This document shows positions 16,575-25,893 of a DNA stretch of 38,480 nt, one piece after another. Numbering within the stretch: the stretch's first letter is position 1; the number at the start of each line of letters is the position of its first letter. Under the pieces are notes generated by a model that saw nothing but the letters and a program-made list of their open reading frames with translations, did not search any database and was not told where the DNA came from. The DNA is from a virus (lineage: Duplodnaviria; Caudoviricetes): IMG/VR virus record IMGVR_UViG_3300037424_002232, positions 1 to 38,480 of that record. The stretch is one strand, 5' to 3'. The position numbers and the translations under genes were made by a program.

Positions 16575-17537
16575 TCAAAACAGTTTTGCAATGTCCTTAT
16601 CGTACTGCTTCAAGTCCGGCTGCCAGCCGGTCATGCCGGGGTTGTAGGACCAGCCGGGGTCAGGCGAGATCTTCATTCCCGTTTGCGGGTCCGTGTAGAC
16701 GGCGACTTTGTCCATCAGGCCCGACGTCTTAGACACCAGCGCGTCCTTCTCGCTCAGCGTCCCGTCGCTCGTCTCAATGGTGATGCCTCGTCTCTTCACA
16801 TCGCGCTCCGACAGAGCGCGTACGCTGCAGCGTCAGCCCCAGCCGTTCGGCGGTCCGAAGGACGTCCAGAACGGATCGTCGAGCGGGAACACCTTGCCGT
16901 GGAGCGCCCGGTGCGCGGGCCGCGTGGCCGCGTCGAGCACGGCCAGGTACATGCCGTAGGGCCGGTCCGCGGCGTTGTCCTCGAAAAATTTCCATCGCGC
17001 GGCGGCATAGCCGGTCTGAAAATTTGTGTTATAGATCGTGGAAAGCCGCCAGGGCGAGCCGAGCTGTACGGTAGCAGCTCCGGTCTCGTCGCCGATCGTG
17101 GACTTGCCCCACCAGCCGAGCGCTTTGAGTTTCGGCTCCAGCTCTTTCCGAAACGTATCGAGCGTGATCCCCTCGTCAAAAACTTTCTGCATCTCATCCC
17201 TGATCGTCTGGAGCACATCCAGGCGCATGGCCTTGGCCACGGTGAACGCGAGCGTGTGCGCTTCCTGCCAGACGTCGTACCAGTCCCAGGAGAAGGCGTA
17301 GCCCTTGCTCTTGAAATATTCGACGACCTGCTCGGGGGGGAGGCCGAGGGCGTAGAGGAGATCGATGTTGTCGCCCCTCGCGGCGAACGAGTGCGGAGTG
17401 CGGAGTGCGGAGTGCGGAGTGAACCCACCCTCACCCCGGCCCTCTCCCTGAAGGAGAGGGAGGCGGGGAGCGCCGCAGCCGGGACAGCACCGGCCCCTTT
17501 TGAGAAGCGCGAGGCGATTTTTGAGAACGAGGTTCAT
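16575..17537 (-). CDS. Mu gpF-like (SPP1 gp7 family) head morphogenesis protein with in-frame UGA at codon 235 (candidate selenocysteine)
   Basis: AFTVAK, RLSTIYNTN, D..TRPAH.ALHG, PPNGWG*RC, PDPGWSYNPG; ORFs 16833-17537 and 16575-16799 are in the same frame. Confidence 0.85.
16802..16820 (-). promoter_or_regulatory. SECIS-like hairpin 3' of the gpF UGA
   Basis: CGCGCUCU-GUC-GGAGCGCG starting 12 nt after the UGA at 16833-16835. Confidence 0.65.
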
Positions 17538-17839
17538 CAGCTCACCTTGGAAAGATTTTTGACGAGATATTCATACTCGTCCGCGCCGTTCTTGTCCGTG
17601 CCATAGGTCCACTTCACGGTCACGATGCGTCTCTCCGAGGGTTTTGGGGACGACAGAATCCTGTTCTCGTTCGCCGTGATCGTGATGTCCGGCGGGGTAA
17701 AGGCCGTTTCGGCCTTGATACTCGTTCCGCTCTCGTCATCTATCTGGTACGTGGCCGCCGTGGGCGTGACCGGTGCGCCGGTTTCATCCTTGAACGTGCA
17801 GGTGAGCACCGAGGTGTTTTTTTCTCTCACGACGATCAT
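17537..17839 (-). CDS. Small beta-rich virion-associated protein
   Basis: TCTFKDETGAPVTPT..TY...RIVTVKWTY; TGATG coupling to gpF. Confidence 0.7.
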   Translation of the reverse strand: MIVVREKNTSVLTCTFKDETGAPVTPTAATYQIDDESGTSIKAETAFTPPDITITANENRILSSPKPSERRIVTVKWTYGTDKNGADEYEYLVKNLSKVS

Positions 17840-19875
17840 ATGGTTTCTCCCGGAAGCGTGAAGATGGCTGTGGGCTGTTTTACGGCCACGGACAGCGCCG
17901 GCTGTTTTATGTCTTCGAACAACGCGGACGGCTGCCGCATCTGCGAGAACGATACGGTGATCGAATCAGGGTCCGCCCCGCCGGACCAGGTGAGCGCCGC
18001 GGCCTGGCCGACAAGCGCGAACGCGCCCGCCTCCGCGGAAAGGACGGCATGCGCCTGATACGTCAGGGTGGCGACAGACCCCTCTTCCGAAAAAAAACCG
18101 GCATCGCACGCCAGGATGTACGCGCCCAACGGCGTATAGGTAAGCGTGATGTCCATACCCTCTGAATCGAAAAAGCCCTCATCCGCGATGATTTTATAGG
18201 ATGCCCTGAGAGACGCGGATATTCCGGTCTCGGTAAATCCCCCAGCGATCGCAAAGAGCCTATGCCCGACCGTGAAGAGAGCATCCATGCCGGTCGCGGC
18301 AAAACTGCCGGAATCAGCATCCGCCATACGTCCGGCCTTGAGCGCGGCATTCATACCGCTCAAGGCAAAAGAGCCTGACCAGCCCTCCATGTGTGCAGAC
18401 GGAGGATGTAAATGAGCATCGGTTCCAATGAGCGAAATAGCTCCTGAGTCGGCGATCACCTTGCAGCCTTTTTTGAGCGAGGCTGCAACGCCGGTCTCCG
18501 CGAAGCTCCCGCCATCACACGCGAGCGTGCGCCCTCTCGAAAGGGTCGCGGCTGTCCCTGTCGCGGCAAAGCTGCCTGAATCAGCAACGACCTTTCGGCC
18601 GGCTTCGAGGTTTGCCGCTGTTCCGGTTTCTGCAAAGGAACCGGAGTCACAGACAAGAGAATACGCAACAACTTTTATAGCCGTGATGCTCGGCGTGGAG
18701 GTATAGCTGTCAAGAACCGTTCCATCATCCCGGACAACTTTGATTTCTATTACATCGTTGTTCGCCACGTCCGCGCCGACGATCTGGAAACAGCCCTCGA
18801 CCTCGGTCTCGTCGTTTCCGGCGAAGTCGGCAACGGCCCCGGTCGCGCCGTTCTCGTCCATGCCGTCGTTGTCGGTGATGAACGTCCCGGCCCCGATGCG
18901 CTGGACGCAATCCACGCCGTCGGTGAAATTCGGCGAGAGCACGGACTTTACCACCGACGAGGTCGTGGTGATGTCCGTCCATGACCCGGCGTTCAGCCTG
19001 TACTGAAACTTGAATCCTTCATTCGTTACCGATCCGCCCGCGGTCTCCTGCACGACAAAGCGGCAACGGAAGTTCTCGTCAACATTGAGAGATGTGTTTT
19101 GGTTCGCCGCGACCTTCCACGTGGCCGTTGCTTCATCGCCGTCATCGTTGCGCAGGCGGAAAGAGTCTTGATCGAAGGCGGGCAAGACTTCCCGGACCCT
19201 GATGAAAGAGCCGCCGCCGGTCTGCGCTACGGATAGCGTCCATCCGCCGACAGGCGCCGCGCTTGCGTTGCCCGCCGTGCAGAGAGCGGTAGACGCGGAC
19301 GCCTCGCAGTCCAGGCCGGTGCTGCTGCTGCCCTCAGTCGCGTAGTTCTCCGTGACCGTTCCTATCGTGGCCCCGGTCGCCGACATCGTCGGAGTTCCAA
19401 ACGTCGTGTTGTTGCCTGGGGCGAATGTGTAGTGAACAAGCGCATCCCCCGTCGTAATGCCGGGGTTCGCATCCATCGTCGCACTGTATCCGGTCCCGCT
19501 GGTGTTGTCGTAACCCTTACAGGCAACCGGGGGAAGAATAGAGTACCCAGCCGTGGGGCGGTATCGTGTGGCACAGCCGAGTGCGGTGTTGCCCGACGTG
19601 ATCGAGACAGTGACGTTGCCGTCACCGGACTGCCACTTTCTCCTGAAGGAGGCCCAGCACACCGACCCGACATCCGTCCCGTTTGCCACTGTCCCGTTCG
19701 AGCCGTTCGAGCCAGGGACAAGCTCCCAGCCGGCGGGCGTGTTAATCACGGCATTGTACGGCTTCGCGCCGACAAAGATCGTATGCCAATCGCCCGCCGC
19801 CGGACTGGCCGGGAGCGCCATGATCACCGACGTCGCGCCGGAGGACCACGCGCCGCCTGTTGTTACGATGGACAT
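17836..19875 (-). CDS. Large Ala/Gly/Thr-rich fibre-like structural protein
   Basis: C-terminal ~25 aa repeats (A/C)DSGSFAxTGxAAxL; beta-rich N-terminus. Confidence 0.7.
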   Translation of the reverse strand: MSIVTTGGAWSSGATSVIMALPASPAAGDWHTIFVGAKPYNAVINTPAGWELVPGSNGSNGTVANGTDVGSVCWASFRRKWQSGDGNVTVSITSGNTALGCATRYRPTAGYSILPPVACKGYDNTSGTGYSATMDANPGITTGDALVHYTFAPGNNTTFGTPTMSATGATIGTVTENYATEGSSSTGLDCEASASTALCTAGNASAAPVGGWTLSVAQTGGGSFIRVREVLPAFDQDSFRLRNDDGDEATATWKVAANQNTSLNVDENFRCRFVVQETAGGSVTNEGFKFQYRLNAGSWTDITTTSSVVKSVLSPNFTDGVDCVQRIGAGTFITDNDGMDENGATGAVADFAGNDETEVEGCFQIVGADVANNDVIEIKVVRDDGTVLDSYTSTPSITAIKVVAYSLVCDSGSFAETGTAANLEAGRKVVADSGSFAATGTAATLSRGRTLACDGGSFAETGVAASLKKGCKVIADSGAISLIGTDAHLHPPSAHMEGWSGSFALSGMNAALKAGRMADADSGSFAATGMDALFTVGHRLFAIAGGFTETGISASLRASYKIIADEGFFDSEGMDITLTYTPLGAYILACDAGFFSEEGSVATLTYQAHAVLSAEAGAFALVGQAAALTWSGGADPDSITVSFSQMRQPSALFEDIKQPALSVAVKQPTAIFTLPGETI

Positions 19876-19885
19876 TTGTGCGCTC

Positions 19886-20170
19886 CTACGAGAACTTCCT
19901 CAGCGCATAGAGATAGTCGCCCTGCGCCACGACTTGATTGTTCGCCTTGTCGTAGAGCGCCTTGAACGCCGCGAAGCAGGCGGCAAGCTCTGCGACCTGC
20001 GTCTCGGTCTTGCCGAGCGCCGTTGCTATTGCCAGGTTGGTCCTGCCGGCCTGGAAGCTCAGCCACTCGTTGTATTGTTCATTGCCGATGATGAGCGCTG
20101 TGTTGAGATTGGCGGCCTGGTTCGACGCGATTCTGCTCAGGTCGGCCCACGCCATATCGTCGTTGTACAT
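19886..20170 (-). CDS. Hypothetical protein
   Basis: GGAGG RBS; operon continuity. Confidence 0.65.
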   Translation of the reverse strand: MYNDDMAWADLSRIASNQAANLNTALIIGNEQYNEWLSFQAGRTNLAIATALGKTETQVAELAACFAAFKALYDKANNQVVAQGDYLYALRKFS

Positions 20171-20461
20171 TTATGCCTCCTCCAGTGGTTCAAGCCGTTC
20201 GTAAGCATCGAGCGCGGCCTCGTACCGCTCCTCGGATTCCGCGCTCGGCTTGGGGTTATGCCGCGCCGCAATGACCATGCCGGCCAGCCGAAGTCTCGGC
20301 TCTTCGACGGCGACGATCTTGTCACGGACGGCCTGAAGCTTTGCCCGTGTCCGATCGTGCTCGTCAATCAGCAACGCTTCCTCCGCCCTGAGAGGTTTGA
20401 GGCTCTTTAGAATAGCCTCTTTTTCTTTTACCGCCCGTGCGTATAATTTGAATATCGACAT
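20171..20461 (-). CDS. Hypothetical coiled-coil protein
   Basis: AAGGAGG RBS; operon continuity. Confidence 0.65.
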   Translation of the reverse strand: MSIFKLYARAVKEKEAILKSLKPLRAEEALLIDEHDRTRAKLQAVRDKIVAVEEPRLRLAGMVIAARHNPKPSAESEERYEAALDAYERLEPLEEA

Positions 20462-20462
20462 C

Positions 20463-20645
20463 TCACGCCTCCTTGGATTTGAGCATATTCGACAGATCGG
20501 CTATCATTCGATAGTGTCTCCTGCCGCACACGCGGCACTGCTTCACCGTGCTGCCGGGCTTCGCGTCCGGCGGCGTGGCCCCCACAAGGTTTTCCGGCTT
20601 CTGGCAGCACTCGTGTATTTTCCCGTTCACAAACGTCCTGTCCAT
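20463..20645 (-). CDS. Small Cys/His protein
   Basis: ECCQKPENL...CRVCGRRHY. Confidence 0.6.
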   Translation of the reverse strand: MDRTFVNGKIHECCQKPENLVGATPPDAKPGSTVKQCRVCGRRHYRMIADLSNMLKSKEA

Positions 20646-20646
20646 A

Positions 20647-21069
20647 CTACGTTACCTGGACGACCGACGTGCCGAAATCCACGGTGAACGTTTCTCCGTC
20701 GTTGCAGGAGATCGCGGAGCCGTAATCCCACCAGCCGATGAGCGCGTCCGCGGGGGCCGTGGCGGTGTCGTTGTAGACGGGCACAAAGCGGAAGGGGCCG
20801 AACGCGCCGCCCGCCGCCGTGAACACCACATCAACGCCCGTCATCGACGCGACGCCCGCCGCCTCCGACACGTCGTTCTGGATATCTGTTCCGCCGGCGG
20901 GATAACCGAACTGCGCGGTAATCTCCACCATATCCGCCTTCACCGTATCGGCGGCCAACGGCTGCTCGTTGGTGAGAAAAACTTTCACCATGTCACCCGC
21001 CGCGTGAAGATGATGGACACCTTTCATTAACTGCTCTACGAAATCCTGAAATTTATTGAACGTGGCCAT
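20647..21069 (-). CDS. Virion structural protein
   Basis: MATFNKFQDF...GPFR..VYNDT...LIGWWDYG...GETFTVDF; AAGGAGG RBS. Confidence 0.75.
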   Translation of the reverse strand: MATFNKFQDFVEQLMKGVHHLHAAGDMVKVFLTNEQPLAADTVKADMVEITAQFGYPAGGTDIQNDVSEAAGVASMTGVDVVFTAAGGAFGPFRFVPVYNDTATAPADALIGWWDYGSAISCNDGETFTVDFGTSVVQVT

Positions 21070-21162
21070 AGATCACTCCTCCTTTTAAAATAAGAACCGG
21101 CCCTGCCACAAAGGCTCTAAGAAAAGCAAGACAGTTCTTCGCGTCTTAGCGCCTTCGTGGCG

Positions 21163-22689
21163 TCATTGGTTCTTCGCGTTGATCCTTCCCCACATCTCGC
21201 TCACGAAGATCGCCCGGGCCAGCATCTCTTCGATCGAGGTTGAATCCATCTTCGGATATGCCTCGACGAGGTTCTTCATGATCTCTTCATACGAAGAGCC
21301 GGAATTAATCAGGTCTATAACGGGCTTTAAAACCCCTTCCATCTGCTTTTGAAGTTCGGCGGGATCGAGATTGGCGAGGGCGTCGTCGATGGCCGCTTGG
21401 GACGCATCCGCAGATTGCGCAGATTTCGCAGAGAACTGCGCACCCCTCACCCCACCCTCTCCCCCAAGGGGCGAGGGAGCAGGAGGCGCCGGCGGCGGAT
21501 CGATGACATCGATGTCTTCTTCCTCGAAGCCGTAGGTCTTCATGAAATACGGCTTCTTGAACAGGACCTGCTTCGTGTCCGCGAGGTTCTTGTCCCGCGT
21601 GGATTGATCGAGGTCCACGTCTTCTTCTTCGTAGAGATAGAACCGCGGCCGCTCGCCGCGCTCGGCGAATTTGTATTCCGCGGTCCAGTCGATCAGCGTG
21701 TTAAAGCACTCCTCCACGATCTTCGTATCGCCGTCCACGATGTCGTCGCGCACGCCCACGGCCTGGTCCTCGCCGCCCAGCTTCCCCGGGGTGGACAGAG
21801 CGCCGCCGCTGTGCCCCAGGAGCGCCACGGAGATCTCGCTCTTGCACGCGGTGATCAGCTTGTCGTAGAGATCGGCCGATCCCGTGATCTTCGTCTCGGG
21901 TATTTCCACGCTGGCGTCGTCGGGGATCACGGCGATCGCGTCCGTGATCATCAGCTCCAGCATGTCGGCAAAAGCCTCGGTCTCATCCTTCGATGTTCCG
22001 CGCGGCTGCTTGCCGACGATAAAGGGCATGCCGAACTTTTCCGTGAAGGTGACCCAGAACTTGAAGCCGCCCTTCCGAAACGTCACGGGCCAGAAGCACG
22101 TGGAGAGGATCGGGAACCCGTAGGGGTTCTCGTAGTCCGCGTCGTTGCGCGCGAGGATGAACTTTTTCTCGGGCAGCTCCTCGCCCAGCGACCAATTCGA
22201 TTTCGTGCGAAAGCGAAAGTTGTTGCTCTCATCGAACAGGAACCAGTGCGGCGGCTTGGCGACAACGTCGGCGGGCGTGTAGTCCGCGTTCCACATCACC
22301 TCCATGGGCTGGTAACCGTAGAGCGGGGCGTTCAGCATCTGGCCGATGATCCGGTCCACGGGCAACGCTTTGATCGCGTCGGTGAGAAATTTCGCCTGGC
22401 GGGATTTTGCCTTGCCCCGGTCGATCTCCCAGAGGAGCTTCTTTGTGCCCGCCTTGCGCGAGGTAATGCAGCCGTGCACGATCGGGTCGGACCGCAGCTC
22501 TTTGTAGATGGTGATGTCCTTGCCCATCTTCTTGAGGACCGGGTCCGGGTTCGGGAGCTGCATGCCGATGGAGTAAAAGTCGATCGACCGCTGCCGCGTG
22601 GCGATCTCTTCAGAGAGAGACCGGGTCTTGTCCACGGCTGCGAAGGATCGGAATTCGGTGGGTGAGACATAGAGACCTTTTCTGCTCAT
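21163..22689 (-). CDS. Portal protein (Mu gp29, DUF935)
   Basis: LPNPDPVL, YGYQPMEVMW, NPYG..ILS.CFWP, EKFGMP. Confidence 0.92.
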   Translation of the reverse strand: MSRKGLYVSPTEFRSFAAVDKTRSLSEEIATRQRSIDFYSIGMQLPNPDPVLKKMGKDITIYKELRSDPIVHGCITSRKAGTKKLLWEIDRGKAKSRQAKFLTDAIKALPVDRIIGQMLNAPLYGYQPMEVMWNADYTPADVVAKPPHWFLFDESNNFRFRTKSNWSLGEELPEKKFILARNDADYENPYGFPILSTCFWPVTFRKGGFKFWVTFTEKFGMPFIVGKQPRGTSKDETEAFADMLELMITDAIAVIPDDASVEIPETKITGSADLYDKLITACKSEISVALLGHSGGALSTPGKLGGEDQAVGVRDDIVDGDTKIVEECFNTLIDWTAEYKFAERGERPRFYLYEEEDVDLDQSTRDKNLADTKQVLFKKPYFMKTYGFEEEDIDVIDPPPAPPAPSPLGGEGGVRGAQFSAKSAQSADASQAAIDDALANLDPAELQKQMEGVLKPVIDLINSGSSYEEIMKNLVEAYPKMDSTSIEEMLARAIFVSEMWGRINAKNQ

Positions 22690-22906
22690 ACGGACCCCTC
22701 AAAGTGTTGCTTTTTTGCAACAGAATGCCAATATCATCATTTCCAAGTGCCAAATCAGTCAGAGACCTGCCCTAAAAATCGATTCTACGCTTTTAATCGT
22801 GCCACTATTTTATAGCGTGGGGCACATAACACCCGCCGGGAGGGGTACGGTAGCCTCCCGGGGGGGATATAAGCCCGGGCAGGGCATTGGGATGCCCGCC
22901 AGACGA

Positions 22907-24553
22907 TCAATCGTATCCCTTCATCAGCGCCACCGTCGCCCTCTTCATCCGGGACACGATATTGACCGGGCCGGAATATTTGCTCCTCGCCTGGACGCAC
23001 AGGGCCTTGGCCCAGAACGCATCGGCGTGTCCGATCTGTTCGGTGCGGTCCGCGTCGAACCGGTGATGGCCGGTGTCGGTCGTTGTCTTCTTCACGGAGT
23101 GCAGGCTCTGGCGGATCCGCTGATCGGCCGGGATCCTGTCCTTCCGGTCCTCGAAGCTTTTCTTGATGCCCGTGGCGAGGACCTCTTTGTTCGCATTGCT
23201 GAAGTCGATGCCCTCGACGCGGCTCGCGCCCTTGAGTTCGATCGCGCGTTCGGAGATCTGTTCGCCGATGCCGGTCTTGTCGATGCAGGCCCGCCGGAAT
23301 TTGCGGATATCCATCAGCGCAAAGAGAACATTCTGCTGAACGCCGAATGGCTGTTTCTTCAGTTCTATCTCCGCGCGCGTCCAGTACAGCCCGTCAACTT
23401 CTTCATCGAGCCAGATCACCGAGAAGTCGCGATGCCGTGCAACGTCGAAGCCGATATACAGATCATTTGTAAACGGGACCTCCGTTTGCAGCCAGTCGGG
23501 CTTGAATGCCGGCGGGCTTTTTTCTTCCTTGTGCGCGGCATGGTGAATGATCGCCTCGTCCAGCAGCCGCTCCACCCATGAAGGCTCCGCGAGTATCTTC
23601 ACATCCTCCACGCCTTCGATCAGATCGTACGTGAGCCAGGCAGTGGTCTCGTCCAGAAACTCGACGAGCGCCTCCTGGTGCCAGGCCTCATCGTCGTTCA
23701 ACGCCTCGCGCAGCGTCTCGGGATCGGACGGGTTGCCTTCTTCATCCTTCAGCTCCAGGCCCATGTCAACGGCCTGGTAGATCGTGATCGTATGCTTGGA
23801 CCAGCCGCCCTTCTCGCCGACGTAGTTGTGCTCCTTGCCGTCGAACATCTGGAGCGTCTTCGCGGTCCACTGTTCATAGAAGCGGTTCTTCTTTCCCTGC
23901 GGCGTGGAGATGATCCGGATCTTGTAACCGCGCGTGACGGTGAAGAAGAGCGCCTTCCAGATCTCGCGGCTGTCTTTGTGGAATGCGAATTCATCAAGAA
24001 GAATGTGCGCGCTGTGGCCTCTCGCGGTCGAAGGGTTCGCCGGCAGGCCGATGATCCGGCTGCCGTTCGGGAAGATGATCTCGAGTTGCTTGTACTCGGT
24101 CTTATCCTCGGCCTTGAACGTGTCGGCCATTTCGAGAATGGCCGCGTTGATCGCCCGCGCGTGGATCGCCGCGGTGCGCATCAACTCCTTGGACTGCCGC
24201 TCGCCGGCGGAGAGGAACACCCAGGTCGTGCCCGGGTTCTCGAAGCAATCGAGCACGGCTTCGAGCGAGGTGGAAAAAGACTTCCCGGTCTGGCGCGACC
24301 ACTTGCCGATCTTGAAGCGCGATTTGTCCAGTACCCAGCGCTTCTGATACTCGGTGAGCTTGACGATGGGGTCGATGGTGGACTGCGACGTGAGGACGGC
24401 CGCCGGCTGCTGGTCCCCGGTCTTCATCACGCCCTTCGCCTTCGTCGGCGTCGGCATGGCCCACACCGGCACCGCGCCGACGATCAGGAGCAGCCCGGCG
24501 GAGAGCAGGAGCGTAAGGATCCAGCGGTTCATGTTTGATCTATTTGAGGCCAT
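22907..24553 (-). CDS. Terminase large subunit (Mu gp28-like)
   Basis: SRQTGKS, LPANPSTARG, LLDEFAFH, ISTPQG, IGFDVAR, GHADAFWA; start codon uncertain. Confidence 0.93.
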   Translation of the reverse strand: MASNRSNMNRWILTLLLSAGLLLIVGAVPVWAMPTPTKAKGVMKTGDQQPAAVLTSQSTIDPIVKLTEYQKRWVLDKSRFKIGKWSRQTGKSFSTSLEAVLDCFENPGTTWVFLSAGERQSKELMRTAAIHARAINAAILEMADTFKAEDKTEYKQLEIIFPNGSRIIGLPANPSTARGHSAHILLDEFAFHKDSREIWKALFFTVTRGYKIRIISTPQGKKNRFYEQWTAKTLQMFDGKEHNYVGEKGGWSKHTITIYQAVDMGLELKDEEGNPSDPETLREALNDDEAWHQEALVEFLDETTAWLTYDLIEGVEDVKILAEPSWVERLLDEAIIHHAAHKEEKSPPAFKPDWLQTEVPFTNDLYIGFDVARHRDFSVIWLDEEVDGLYWTRAEIELKKQPFGVQQNVLFALMDIRKFRRACIDKTGIGEQISERAIELKGASRVEGIDFSNANKEVLATGIKKSFEDRKDRIPADQRIRQSLHSVKKTTTDTGHHRFDADRTEQIGHADAFWAKALCVQARSKYSGPVNIVSRMKRATVALMKGYD

Positions 24554-24947
24554 AGAGTGATTTGATATAGTCCAGCGTTTCCGGCGGCAGCGCCTTTTTC
24601 ATCGCCTGCTGCTGGTCCGGCGAAAGGTCTTTGCTGAACAGGCTCGTGTCGCCGTATTTGTCCACGGCCGCGAACATCACGAGCATGCGTTTAAGATTTT
24701 TCTGCGTCGGGTTCGCCTTCGCCTCGTTGAAGACCTGCTGCGCGAGCTGGATGAGCTGGAGCTTCAGGTCCTGATGCTGGTCGAGAAACGCCTTCCGCTT
24801 GTCGTCCCATTCATACTGCTGCTTCCAGTTATAGAGCGTCTTGCGGCTGACCTTGTTCGCCAGGAGGCCCACGATCGCGTCGAGGCTGAGGCCTTCCTCC
24901 ACGTAGCGCCGGCGCGCCTCGTCCATATAGATCGCCTGCTTAGCCAT
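24540..24947 (-). CDS. Terminase small subunit-like HTH protein
   Basis: ARRRYVEEGLS...VSRKTLYNWK...WD; immediately upstream of the large terminase. Confidence 0.75.
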   Translation of the reverse strand: MAKQAIYMDEARRRYVEEGLSLDAIVGLLANKVSRKTLYNWKQQYEWDDKRKAFLDQHQDLKLQLIQLAQQVFNEAKANPTQKNLKRMLVMFAAVDKYGDTSLFSKDLSPDQQQAMKKALPPETLDYIKSLYGLK

Positions 24948-25188
24948 TGAGATCTCTCTCCATCGCGGCGATCTGCTTCTTCAGTTCGCACATCTCGTCC
25001 CAGAGCATCGACAGCGCCGCCCACTCGGCACGGCCCATGTTCATCCTGAGCGACGTGTGGTCCTGGGTGTAGGGGTCCAGGATGTTCCGGATCTCCGCGA
25101 CGTGGCTCCGCGCCCGGAGGTTCATTTCCTCCAGCGTGCGTTTCTTGTCCGCGAGCTGCGCGCGGCGAAAGGTCAGTTCGCTACCCAT
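24940..25188 (-). CDS. Hypothetical protein
   Basis: GGAGG RBS; overlaps both neighbours. Confidence 0.65.
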   Translation of the reverse strand: MGSELTFRRAQLADKKRTLEEMNLRARSHVAEIRNILDPYTQDHTSLRMNMGRAEWAALSMLWDEMCELKKQIAAMERDLNG

Positions 25189-25633
25189 TATTGTTTGCCT
25201 CCGGTCTCGATAGTTGTCGCCGTTCCAGGAGCGGACACATGACGGGCTGAGAGAGTTTTACTTCGAGGCGCGAGAGCGTGCCCGCGAGAAGACTGCTTTG
25301 TTCCTGCGAATCTTTCTGTATCTGGAGCAGCGTCTCGATGTGCTTGTCGTATTTCTCGAACGCCGTGGATGTGATCTTGTTCGACGCCTCCAGGTGCGCC
25401 GTCAGGAGCGATACGACCACCTCGTCGCCCTGTTTCGATTTCTTAAATTGATAGAGCCACACCGTGAACATGATTCCGCCGATGCCCCACTGGATCGCCA
25501 TGGGCCAGATGTTTTTATACTCACCGCCTGCGTCCTGGGCGAGGACCGCCGGAGAAAACAGCGCCGGGGCAAGCAATAGAAAAAAAGCGAATGACAGCAT
25601 GAGCAGCGACACGCGGCGGGAAATGATGGGCAT
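25181..25633 (-). CDS. Membrane protein with coiled coil (holin-like)
   Basis: Signal/TM segment, second TM segment, coiled coil; AAGGAG RBS. Confidence 0.6.
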   Translation of the reverse strand: MPIISRRVSLLMLSFAFFLLLAPALFSPAVLAQDAGGEYKNIWPMAIQWGIGGIMFTVWLYQFKKSKQGDEVVVSLLTAHLEASNKITSTAFEKYDKHIETLLQIQKDSQEQSSLLAGTLSRLEVKLSQPVMCPLLERRQLSRPEANNNG

Positions 25634-25645
25634 CTTGGTTCTCCT

Positions 25646-25855
25646 TTACTCGTTCCTTGCGATCGCGGCATTCGCCCACATGACGGCCTGTTCCAGGTTC
25701 GTCATGGCCAGGGCTTTCTCGCGGGACGCAGGGCAGAACTTATCAATGACGTTCGCCAGCTCTTTCGCGCCGGCGCGGATGGTCTCATAGCGTGCCTGCT
25801 GGTCGCCCTTCGGCGGGTGATAACTGAAGTTGTTCTCGATCTTGTCTTTCTCCAT
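25646..25855 (-). CDS. Acb2/Tad1-like helical hairpin protein
   Basis: NFSYHPP...CPASREKALAMTNLEQAVMWANAAIAR; AAGGAGG RBS. Confidence 0.65.
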   Translation of the reverse strand: MEKDKIENNFSYHPPKGDQQARYETIRAGAKELANVIDKFCPASREKALAMTNLEQAVMWANAAIARNE

Positions 25856-25893
25856 GAGCGCCCTCCTTCGATTGACCACACTGCGACGCCCCC

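Noticed and set aside
16575-16799. Separate 74 aa gene downstream of a truncated gpF
   Set aside because: It is in the same frame as gpF and carries the family's C-terminal PDPGWSYNPG motif, so it is better read as one gene
16033-25855. Recombinase-driven invertible segment
   Set aside because: No matching inverted repeats were found at the two boundaries and no invertase is in the window; a terminator and a symmetric promoter fit a fixed layout
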